A stretch of DNA of 64,000 bases from Candidatus Krumholzibacteriota bacterium (GTDB lineage Bacteria > Krumholzibacteriota > Krumholzibacteriia > LZORAL124-64-63): contig JBDLKA010000006.1 of assembly GCA_039714075.1 (NCBI GenBank), positions 1 to 64,000 on the forward strand, written 5' to 3'. Made by a program: the position numbers and the translations under genes. The notes under the pieces are model-generated. The model saw only the letters and a list, made by a program, of their open reading frames with translations. It was not told the DNA's origin and searched no databases. Shown one piece after another: positions 1 to 10,267 of this stretch; the stretch's first letter is position 1, and every line of letters starts with the position of its first letter.

Positions 1-188
1 CGAGGCCACGGTGGACGGTGTCACGATGTATTTCATCTGGCGCATGTGGCCGATTGATGCGGGGAACATGGCCGTCATTCAGCATACTTCCTCCCTTGTC
101 CGCGGCATGACTGTCCTCAGTCGCCGCTCGGTCCGGCTCCTGCGCATGTAGGATAGAGGGGTTTATCGAAAGGCCCGGCAGACCGGGC

Positions 189-216
189 TTGACTCCTGAT
201 TGTTTCGCCGTATAAA
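189..216 (+). promoter_or_regulatory. sigma70-like promoter upstream of the structured RNA candidate
   Basis: TTGACT (189-194), 16 nt, TATAAA (211-216); a GC hairpin GCCCGG-CAGA-CCGGGC lies just upstream. Confidence 0.5.
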
Positions 217-222
217 CGCGCC

Positions 223-358
223 GTTCCGATCCCTTTGGGGTCGGTTCTTCATTGGTGTTGGTGGCCCCTGCAAGGGGATGCCTGTCGGCCGCAAGGCAAA
301 GGACAACACACTCATACGAAGCGTACCCCGTCAGGGGCCACGGACCCGGGGCAGCCAA
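223..358 (+). ncRNA. candidate structured small RNA, possibly related to the alphaproteobacterial ar9/BjrC80 type
   Basis: 5' hairpin 226-244; perfect 10-bp helix GTGGCCCCTG (261-270)/CAGGGGCCAC (332-341); nested helices 274-281/321-329 and 283-286/302-305; GCC-GCAA-GGC GNRA hairpin 288-297; no credible ORF. Family resemblance is from memory only. Confidence 0.5.
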
Positions 359-461
359 AGCGCACCCCGAAAAGTGGGAACCGGTTTTCGGATCAAATTG
401 CGCGTAAAAGCAACAAGATAGAGCGTCGCAGCTGATTCAGATTAAAAGAGCGATGCTCTAG
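359..461. repeat. alphaproteobacterial-type palindromic intergenic repeat
   Basis: CGAAAAGTGGGAACCGGTTTTCG core plus hairpin TAGAGCGTCGC (419-429)/GCGATGCTCTA (450-460), ending in CTAG. Confidence 0.6.
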
Positions 462-474
462 GGTCCGTGGACAT

Positions 475-900
475 TCATCTTGATGCGATGAGTGTTGCGA
501 CGAGGTTCCAGTTCGCGGCATAGCTACTGTCGGTTTTGTCATAACGCGTTGCGATACCACGGAATTCCTTGATCTTTGCAAAGTAGTTTTCGACCAGATG
601 CCGCCAGCAATAAGCGTCCTTATCGTATCCGCGTTGCACAATCCGGTTCGATTTGGGAGGAATAACGGCGGTTGCGCCGCGCTCGTCCAACTCCGCGAGC
701 AGCCAGTTCGCATCGAACGCTTTGTCCGCCAGCAGTGCCCCAAACGATACGCCCCGGATCAGCGGGGCAACTCCCTTCATGTCATGCGCCTGGCCCGGCA
801 GCAGCAGGAAACGCACAAGATTTCCGAGCGCATCGACCAGCGCCACGATCTTGCATGTCAGCCCGCCACGCGAGCGCCCGATGGCCTGAGCCTGAGTCCC
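475..900 (-). CDS. IS5-family transposase, C-terminal DDE ORF, probably joined by -1 frameshift
   Basis: Frame opens as TQAQAIGRSRGGLTCKIVALVDALG; LADKAFD; RHLVENYFAKIKEFRGIATRYDK; AAAAGGGGG at 906-898 on the minus strand. Confidence 0.9.
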   Translation of the reverse strand, partial: GTQAQAIGRSRGGLTCKIVALVDALGNLVRFLLLPGQAHDMKGVAPLIRGVSFGALLADKAFDANWLLAELDERGATAVIPPKSNRIVQRGYDKDAYCWRHLVENYFAKIKEFRGIATRYDKTDSSYAANWNLVATLIASR

Positions 901-1235
901 CCTTTTGCGCCGGTTGCCTTCTGGTGAACCGAAACAATTGTGCCGTCGATGAGCGCATATTCAAGGTCTGGATCATCGCTCATAGCGTTGAAAAGACTCT
1001 CGAAAACACCCCGCTCTGCCCACCTTCTGAAACGACGAAACTGGCTGTTCCAGTTGCCGAACTTCTCAGGAAGGTCGCGCCAGGGTGAGCCAGTCCGGAC
1101 GCGCCAGAACACCGCCTCCAGAAACAAGCGGTTATCGCCGCCGGTTCGGCCACTGTCCGTTTCCTTTCCGGGCAACAGAGGCTCAAGACGCTCCCAAACC
1201 CGGTCACTCAAAACAAATCGCTTCTCGTCCATCAC
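858..1235 (-). CDS. IS5-family transposase, N-terminal ORF (DUF4096-type)
   Basis: LSDRVWERLEPLLP...FLEAVFWRVRTGSPWRDLPEKFGNWNS..RRFRRW and IDGT motif. Confidence 0.92.
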   Translation of the reverse strand: MMDEKRFVLSDRVWERLEPLLPGKETDSGRTGGDNRLFLEAVFWRVRTGSPWRDLPEKFGNWNSQFRRFRRWAERGVFESLFNAMSDDPDLEYALIDGTIVSVHQKATGAKGGLRLRPSGARVAG

Positions 1236-1265
1236 AAACTCCCCTTTGGGAGCTTGAATCAGAAA

Positions 1266-2916
1266 TCAAACCAAATGGGAATCCTGAATGTCCACGGACC
1301 CTAGTTCAACGCCGCGCCGGCGCATCCGGAAGGGGGCCTCGATCGACAATCCCGCCTGATTGATTTGTTCCCGCAGGCAACCAAGCTTTTTGGCAAGAAC
1401 TGTCTGATCCAGCAAAACCGTCAGCGAGCCCGGCCGCAGGTCCGCGCGTTCGATCAATGCCAGGCATTCAGAGGCCATTCTGTGAGCCTTCAGTTTCTCT
1501 GATATTGAAACGATCTCTGCTGCCGACATATTCTGCGTCATCGAAGCGGCGGCATCGGGCCGGTTTCGCAAACCTTTCCAGCGATTCAAACTCGAATCAG
1601 CAGCGGCCACCTCGTCGAGGATTTCATTCCACCGGTGCAGCCCCCAGGTTTCATCCACCGGCTCGCTGTAGGCCGGTTCATCGTATCCCAGCTCGGCCAG
1701 GATGCCCTGGGCGCGGTCCACCAGCACTTCGGGCCGCTTGTCCAGGGGCAGGAAGTTGGTGATGGTCAGTGTGCCGGACCAGCGCGCGGTTCCGACAAGG
1801 ACCAACAGCGCGGCTGCGGCCAGCAGGATGGCGTTCACCGGGCGCATGCCCTCGCGGCTGCCGGCTTCGGCGACCAGTTCGGGCGAAGGTGTTTCCCCGG
1901 CGGCCAGGGCGGCGGCCAGGGGATCGCCGCCGGGCAGGGCCGCGGACACCGCCAGGACGGTCGCCGGACGGGCGGCGGGATTCTTTTCCAGACAGTGCAG
2001 CACCGCGCGTTCGACGGCGGAATCGATCCCTTCGACGTGATCTGAAGGACTCGAAGGCAGGGACGAAGTGTGTTGTTCCGTCAGCTCGGCCACCGTCCGG
2101 CCCTGGAAGACGGGGCGGCCGGTGAAGGTTTCGTAGAGCACAAGGCCGAGGGCGTAGATATCGCTGCGGACACTGACTTCCTGGCCGGCAATCTGTTCGG
2201 GGGCCATGTAGCCGGGCGTGCCCGAAGTGACGTCGTCCTGACCGATGGCGCCCGCGATCCCGGCCAGCCCGAAGTCGGTCAGGCGGACCTGGCCGCGTCC
2301 GTCGATCATCACGTTGGCCGGTTTCAGGTCCCGGTGAAGAATGCCCTGGTCGTGGGCGGCGGCCAAGCCGGCGCAGATCTGCCGCGCGACTTCCACGGCG
2401 CGTTCCTGGGGCAGGCGGCCGATGCGGCGCAGCAACGAGGCCAGATCCTCGCCATCGACATATTCCATGGACAGGAAGTGCTGGCCGTCCACTTCGCCGA
2501 TGTCGTAGACCCGGCAGACGTTGGGATGGGTGACCTTCAGGGAGGTGCGAACCTCGTTGAGGAATCGTTCCAGCCTGGCGGGATTCCTTTCGAGACCCGG
2601 GGGCAGGAACTTCAGGGCCACCGGCTGGCCGAGCTTGAGGTCGTCGGCCCGGTAGACCTCGCCCATGCCTCCGCGGCCTAGCAGGCCGACGATCCGGTAG
2701 CGCTCGGTCACCATGGCTCCGGGGATGAAACGGGTGCCGGCGGCCGAGGAAGCGGAGGTTGCGGACGGAGGGGAAGGCTTCGGGGTCCGGTCCAGGGGAG
2801 TGGTGCGGCTCGGATCGTCGGACGGAACGGTGGCCCCGGGCTGGACCGCACCGCAGGCGGGGCAGAACCGGCTTGTTTCGGGAACTTCGGCGGCGCAGTT
2901 GGGACAGTTGAGCATG
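1266..2916 (-). CDS. Hanks-type Ser/Thr protein kinase with N-terminal zinc ribbon and TM helix; C-terminus replaced by foreign sequence
   Basis: CPNC..CPAC; LGRGGMGEVY, VALK, HRDLKPAN, DFG, GTPGYMAPE; TM AILLAAAALLVLVG; abrupt change after ...RNRPDAAA. Confidence 0.92.
1302..1545 (-). pseudogene. fragment resembling the C-terminal region of a serine recombinase-family protein, cut by the IS
   Basis: Translates to ...AGLSIEAPFRMRRRGVEL, stopping at the IS end; lower GC than the adjacent kinase; family call from recalled motif. Confidence 0.45.
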
Positions 2917-3046
2917 CCGGACACTCTAACCCTGATCAAATGAGTCTGCGATAGTTATTTCCTGGCGGTTGTGGACCGAAAAGCTGGCGCTGGTGCGTTG
3001 AAGTCGGGACGACATATTGGAGATTCCCGTTTAGATCTCGAATTAT

Positions 3047-3229
3047 TAACTCATTTGTTATCAATAGGTTGTTGTCGAAAAGTGTCCCCGGGGGCACTTT
3101 CCTGATCTATTTTGTTTGTTTTCAATGTGTTAAGATTTGACAGAAGCAATTATGATGATTTTGACAATATATTTATTGTCAAACACAAATCATCGCACCA
3201 GGCGTCGATCTTGCCGGACACAATTTCAG
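3047..3229. repeat. bipartite AT-rich intergenic repeat, copy 1
   Basis: 25 bp identical to 44295-44319; palindrome AAAAGTGTCCCCGGGGGCACTTT (3078-3100); TGCCGGACACAATTTCAG (3212-3229) identical to 44455-44472. Confidence 0.85.
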
Positions 3230-3478
3230 AAAGACAAATCATATATATTTTTCGGAATTTCCGATATTTCGCCGTCTTTCTTGCTTTGCAACCAAGTCAC
3301 CGTGAGCATCCAGTCACCGTGACTGGCGTAATCCCCTCGCCGTTATGGCTGGGTCGCCAGAGGGTCCGGCGATCACCATCGCAAACATCTTGGGTCTGAA
3401 AAACCCTGCAAGTAGGTCGTCCCGCATAATCTCGAATATGTCGCCGGATTGAATGGCCCCGGATTATCCCCTCCGGGG

Positions 3479-4543
3479 CTATTGCTTTTCGGGGGATTCC
3501 GGGACCAACCCGGATCCGGCATACAATCGCACCGTGGCCACCACCAGGCCGAAGACGACGGCGTAGGCCTCGTAGTAGATGCGCCACTCGTCGATGAACC
3601 CGTAGAACAAGGCGATTAAAACCTGGACCGGAAGAGTGCCCACCAAGGCGATCCGGAGGAATCGCGGCTTGTCGCGCCACCGGTAAAGAACCAGGGCGGC
3701 CACGACCACGATTACCACGACTTCCGCCGCGCTCCACCCTCCCAGCAGCCAGTCCTTGTTGTGGTCCCACAGGTGGAATTCCATGAAGGCGCCGGGATTG
3801 TCGCGGAACACCCAGGCCAGGCCGCCCTTGATGACGACGAAGCCGGCGATCAGCAACCCGGATTCGCGAACGATTTTTCGCACCGGATCTTTTCCCCAGC
3901 GATGGGCCGCCTGGATCGGGATCAGCAGGGCGGCCGTTTCCTTGTTCAGGCAGCAGAGCAGGAAAACGATGAAGAACCCCCGGGTCCGTTCCGTGGACAG
4001 CAGATAAAGGGCCAGGGTGAACAGGAAGAGCTGCGGGGGATCGTAGGAAAACGACGAATATTTGAAGAACGCGGGCAGACCCAGCAGGACGGCCGCGCCC
4101 AAGGCCGTTCGCCACAGCGCGGAAGCACGCCATCCCAGCCGGCGGCAGGTCAGCGACGTGGCGAAGTGGGCGAAGCCCAGGAAGGAACCCCACATCAGCA
4201 AAGCGGCGTAGTAATATTTAATTGATCCCTGACGCTCCCAGCCCAGGATGTGGAAAACCCGCCGCTTGTACGGCTGGCGTGCGGTAAGATCGTCCAGTTT
4301 CTCGCGCAAGGCCTTCGGTGTGGCGGCTTCCAGCACCCGCACCGTGGTTGGCAGAAGGGTGCGGTAGACGAAGGGCCGGTGGGCGGTGCCCTGGACCATT
4401 TTCGGGAATTGGATTTCCGGGTAGAGATTCAAACCCGAGTGCCGGTCCGAGGGGGTCAGGAAAGAGGCCAGGACCCACAGGGAGACCGCGGCCAGGACCA
4501 ACCAGTAGACCCACCGCATCATCGTGCCGTCACCCTTTGCCAT
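3479..4543 (-). CDS. polytopic membrane protein, possible GT-C-fold glycosyltransferase
   Basis: Many TM segments; RPFVYR loop, YDPPQLF, LNKET motifs; start MAKGDGTMMRW after a GAAGGA RBS. The upstream part of the 876-aa ORF is the antisense shadow of tex. Confidence 0.65.
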   Translation of the reverse strand: MAKGDGTMMRWVYWLVLAAVSLWVLASFLTPSDRHSGLNLYPEIQFPKMVQGTAHRPFVYRTLLPTTVRVLEAATPKALREKLDDLTARQPYKRRVFHILGWERQGSIKYYYAALLMWGSFLGFAHFATSLTCRRLGWRASALWRTALGAAVLLGLPAFFKYSSFSYDPPQLFLFTLALYLLSTERTRGFFIVFLLCCLNKETAALLIPIQAAHRWGKDPVRKIVRESGLLIAGFVVIKGGLAWVFRDNPGAFMEFHLWDHNKDWLLGGWSAAEVVVIVVVAALVLYRWRDKPRFLRIALVGTLPVQVLIALFYGFIDEWRIYYEAYAVVFGLVVATVRLYAGSGLVPESPEKQ

Positions 4544-4705
4544 GATTTCCTTCCGCCGACTGATTCCCAGGCAAATCGTGGAGACTCGCATATTCGCATT
4601 CCTGCCGCGGGGGTCAAGGCCGTCCTTGCCAACTTGACCGATATTGGTCATCGTGCTGCCTCTGATGATTACCGAATGATCCGCCCGACCAGCAAGGGAG
4701 CCGAC

Positions 4706-6865
<2,160 letters not shown>

Positions 6866-6949
6866 GAAGGGCGGAAAGAACTGAACCTTCCTGCCTGTTT
6901 CCGATGACGATAAGACCCGAGGGAGGATGATCAGGTTTGATTTTTCGGA

Positions 6950-6977
6950 CGAAAACCCGAGGTTGACCTCGGATTTC
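6950..6977. terminator. hairpin between convergent tex and mutM
   Basis: CGAAAACCCGAGG-TTGA-CCTCGGATTTC; 13-nt arm identical to the hairpin at 28403. Confidence 0.55.
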
Positions 6978-7014
6978 TATTCGAATAGTCAAAAACAGGG
7001 TCCTGGGTGGCCCG

Positions 7015-7833
7015 CTATATTAACTGGCACTCCGGACAGAACACTGTCCCCCGCCCGCCGACCACGATCTTATCCAGCTCAGCTCCGCAATCCCGGCACG
7101 GCTCGCCCCCTCGCCCGTACACCCGCAGCTTGCGGCGGAAGTTGCCCGGCTTCCCGTGGAAATTGGTGAAGTTCATGAAGGTGGTGCCGCCGTGTTTGAT
7201 GGCCAGCCGCATCACCTGCTTGCCGCGCTTCAACACCTCGCGCAACGCCTCTTCGTCCAGGTCGCAGGGACGTGCCTCGGGATGAACGCCCGCCAAAAAC
7301 AACGATTCATCCACGTAGATATTACCCAGGCCCGCGGCGATGCCCTGGTTCAAAAGAAGCGCCTTGATGGGCGCCTTGCGCGACCCGATGCGCCGGTGCC
7401 ATTCCGCGAACCGCACCGACATCATATCCGGCCCGACATGCGCCAGGGCTGCCGGCGCCGTGCCGTCCTCCACCAGTTGCAGCCGACCGAACTTGCGCAT
7501 GTCGCGGTAATGCACCGGCAGGCCGTCGAAGTCGAAGGTCACATGGACGTGTTTGTCGGGGATGAAGCCGTCCAGGATGAAGAACTGGCCGGTCATGCGC
7601 AGGTGGACCATCAGGAAAGCGGGCGCGCCTTCGTCGCCCGCAAACCACAGGATCATGTATTTCCCGTGGCGATGGACATCGGTCAAAACCTTGCCGACCA
7701 AAGCCGAACGGGTCTTGCGCGCCGACTGCCCCAGCACCCCGGCGAAATCCACCTGCAAGCCGGTCAACCGGCGGCCGGCCAGGTTCTCCTTCAAGGCCCG
7801 GGTGACGTTTTCGACTTCGGGCAGTTCGGGCAT
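7015..7833 (-). CDS. mutM: formamidopyrimidine-DNA glycosylase
   Basis: [27 protein letters not shown]-terminal zinc finger CRDC..CPECQ. Confidence 0.97.
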   Translation of the reverse strand: MPELPEVENVTRALKENLAGRRLTGLQVDFAGVLGQSARKTRSALVGKVLTDVHRHGKYMILWFAGDEGAPAFLMVHLRMTGQFFILDGFIPDKHVHVTFDFDGLPVHYRDMRKFGRLQLVEDGTAPAALAHVGPDMMSVRFAEWHRRIGSRKAPIKALLLNQGIAAGLGNIYVDESLFLAGVHPEARPCDLDEEALREVLKRGKQVMRLAIKHGGTTFMNFTNFHGKPGNFRRKLRVYGRGGEPCRDCGAELDKIVVGGRGTVFCPECQLI

Positions 7834-8624
7834 CAGAAGCCCCGGGCTTCCCTGACCGAGTCGTAGGCGGAATTCACGGCGCGCATCTTTTCGGCGGCGA
7901 ACTTCTGGAAGTCCTCGCCCATGCCCTTGTTGGCGACCACGTCGGGATGGTATTCCTTCGCCAGCTTGCGGTAGGCCTTCTTGATTTCGTCGTCGGTGGC
8001 GCCCTGGGTGACGCCCAGCACGGTGTAGGACGTGCCCAGACTTGCGCGCGGGTTGAACATCGAGACGGCTTCCTCGTAGTCGCGGTCGGTCAGTCCCATC
8101 TCGCGCGCGATGGAGCGGATCAAACGTTCTTCGGTTTCATGATAGTGACCGTCGGCCATGGCGATGCTCATCAACACGGAAACCAGGTCCCGCATGCGGG
8201 CCGGTTGATGACCCAGCAGCTGGCGGATCTGGCGGGCGAATTCCTCGGCCGGAATGTGGGATTCGCGGGCCTCGTTGAAAATCCGGGCGGCCACGCGTCT
8301 TTCCGCCGCGGCCATGCCCAGCTGGTCCTTCAGGAACTGGTCGAAGGATCGGACCTCGGCCTGGCTCACCGAGCCGTCGGCCTTGGCCACCTTGGCCGCC
8401 AGGCTGATCATGGCGATCATGAACGTCTGCTGGGCTTCCATGGGGCTGGTGCGGTAGGCGCCGCCGCCGAAACCCTGTCCGCCCACCCGTGCGCCCGGGT
8501 GTACGCGCGCCCGGCCGTTGCCTTCGCCGATATTCGAACCGATGGCGCCGCCGATGATGGCTCCCAAGGGGCCGCCCATCATGAAACCCAGGCTGCCGCC
8601 GATCAATGTCCCCAACAAACCCAT
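7833..8624 (-). CDS. djlA: DjlA-like co-chaperone (TM, TerB-like domain, C-terminal J domain)
   Basis: Gly-rich N-terminal [25 protein letters not shown]. Confidence 0.88.
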   Translation of the reverse strand: MGLLGTLIGGSLGFMMGGPLGAIIGGAIGSNIGEGNGRARVHPGARVGGQGFGGGAYRTSPMEAQQTFMIAMISLAAKVAKADGSVSQAEVRSFDQFLKDQLGMAAAERRVAARIFNEARESHIPAEEFARQIRQLLGHQPARMRDLVSVLMSIAMADGHYHETEERLIRSIAREMGLTDRDYEEAVSMFNPRASLGTSYTVLGVTQGATDDEIKKAYRKLAKEYHPDVVANKGMGEDFQKFAAEKMRAVNSAYDSVREARGF

Positions 8625-8860
8625 GCAAGCTCACTTTCCGGGAAAACCGGGTAATACCCGTCCTGATGGCTTTGAACATGATAAATCCGGGCAAAAAATC
8701 CACCAGAAGTACCGAAATACCCAAAGAATTATTCAAGACGGGTTTTCAATAGCCGATGATTCCCCATAACGGGATTGGGGAGAAATGGTTCCTGACTCGG
8801 GACCGAAATTCCCGGCCCTGATCGTTTACCGTCCGGAAACTCGCAGCCAAGGGATTCTTG

Positions 8861-9283
8861 ATGCGGATACTTGTCGTTGAAGATGATTACATCAGTCGCC
8901 GGTTGCTCTGCCGCTACCTCGAGCCCTTTGGCGGGTGCGAAGAAGCCGAAAACGGAAACGAAGCCGTCGATGCGATTCGCCGCGCACTGGCTTCCGACAA
9001 CTATTTCGATCTGATCTGCCTGGACATCATGATGCCCGGCATGGACGGCCAGCAGACCCTGGTGCTTCTGCGTCAACTGGAGGCGGATCACGGTCTGCCG
9101 CTCGGCCGCGGCGCCAAGGTGATCATGACCTCGGCCATGGAGGAAAGCCAGTACATCATGGAGGCCCTGAACGCCTCCGCCGACGGTTACGTGGTCAAAC
9201 CCATCGAAAAGCGGAGTTTCATCGAGACTTTGAAGGAAACCGGGCTGTTGATGGAAACGCCGGCCAGGCCGGCACAGGGGTGA
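8861..9283 (+). CDS. single-domain response regulator (CheY-like)
   Basis: ILVVEDD, LDIMMPGMDG, YVVKP. Confidence 0.93.
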   Translation: MRILVVEDDYISRRLLCRYLEPFGGCEEAENGNEAVDAIRRALASDNYFDLICLDIMMPGMDGQQTLVLLRQLEADHGLPLGRGAKVIMTSAMEESQYIMEALNASADGYVVKPIEKRSFIETLKETGLLMETPARPAQG

Positions 9284-9442
9284 CCCTGCTTCAAGTTGAT
9301 CCTACCGGTTTTATAAAATGCCCGCGGGCAGATTATTGAAATTTTAATTTACGCGAAAACCGGTTTTTAATTTATCCCACCAGTATTGTTCTATTTCTGA
9401 TAGACTGAATTTCCCCACTCTATTCCCCAAGAGGTGATTTTT

Positions 9443-10264
9443 ATGAAAACAAGAATCTACCAGATCATCCTGGTGGGCGCGCTGCTGTTGGTGCTGCCAG
9501 CGTGTCAGGAAAATCCACCGACCTCGGTGGCTCCGCCGGGTCAGGATGGTATGCACGACAAGTTCGGGACGGGGCAAACCGGCTACTGTGATCCCGTGCT
9601 TCACGACACGTTCGAGGGAATCTGGAACGGGGGTGGGGATGTAATCTCGATTTATGAGACCAAATCGATCAACCCCTGGGAGGGAGATACCTGGACCATC
9701 AACCCACCGGGCTGGCCCGAGGGGTACGAGATCAAAATGGAATTCTTTTCAGGAACCACCGCCGTTGGTTATCCTGTCGATTCAGAAATATTGTTCGGAA
9801 TCAGTATTCCCGTGGACAGCCCTTCGGGCACGGGGTCTCCGGCTTACGAGTTTTTTCCCGACGGCATCCAGTTCAACCAAGACGTCAAAGTTACTCTTTG
9901 CTGGCCGCCTTGGGCTGGTGAACCACCCAGTGGGCCGCTTGATTTGATTTTCCTGGAAAGGGAAGTCCACGAGGAAGAATACCATTATCGGGCGGTTGAC
10001 ATTGTCCAGGCTTGGTCCGCCGCCAGCCACGGCGGGACGATTCCCGAGGAGGATTTGACCCTCCTCGAACGGTCGACGGGATTCGAGTTTTTCATTGACC
10101 ATTTTTCCCGTTGGGGAGTCACCAGCGGGTCTGATGACGGTGGCACCGGTGGCGACAAACTTCCCGGCATGGACGATTTCGATCCCGATGGTGATGGCGA
10201 GATGGGAGAGATTCCCTGCTGGACCTCGTTCCCGCCACCAGAATATCCTCCGCTCCTCCGCTGA
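9443..10264 (+). CDS. lipoprotein with ZU5-like domain ending in an HFS motif
   Basis: Lipobox LPAC; YEFFPDGIQFNQDVKVTL; FIDHFSRW; acidic Gly/Pro-rich tail. Confidence 0.7.
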   Translation: MKTRIYQIILVGALLLVLPACQENPPTSVAPPGQDGMHDKFGTGQTGYCDPVLHDTFEGIWNGGGDVISIYETKSINPWEGDTWTINPPGWPEGYEIKMEFFSGTTAVGYPVDSEILFGISIPVDSPSGTGSPAYEFFPDGIQFNQDVKVTLCWPPWAGEPPSGPLDLIFLEREVHEEEYHYRAVDIVQAWSAASHGGTIPEEDLTLLERSTGFEFFIDHFSRWGVTSGSDDGGTGGDKLPGMDDFDPDGDGEMGEIPCWTSFPPPEYPPLLR

Positions 10265-10267
10265 GGA

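Larger units (their letters stand above)
461..1301 (-). mobile_element. IS5-family insertion sequence (IS427-group-like), 841 bp
   Basis: Perfect 17-bp terminal inverted repeats GGGTCCGTGGACATTCA (461-477) and TGAATGTCCACGGACCC (1285-1301); TA on both flanks in CTAG context; two-ORF transposase. Confidence 0.95.

Noticed and set aside
2..151. Open frame at the window start (EATVDGVTMYFIW...)
   Set aside because: Too short and truncated to assign a product
200..435. Small ORFs 200-421 and 235-435
   Set aside because: They overlap the structured RNA candidate and the repeat, with no RBS or protein-like features
3112..3399. AT-rich small ORFs; also 44330-44585 and 42903-43373
   Set aside because: They lie in repeat or promoter DNA and have atypical composition
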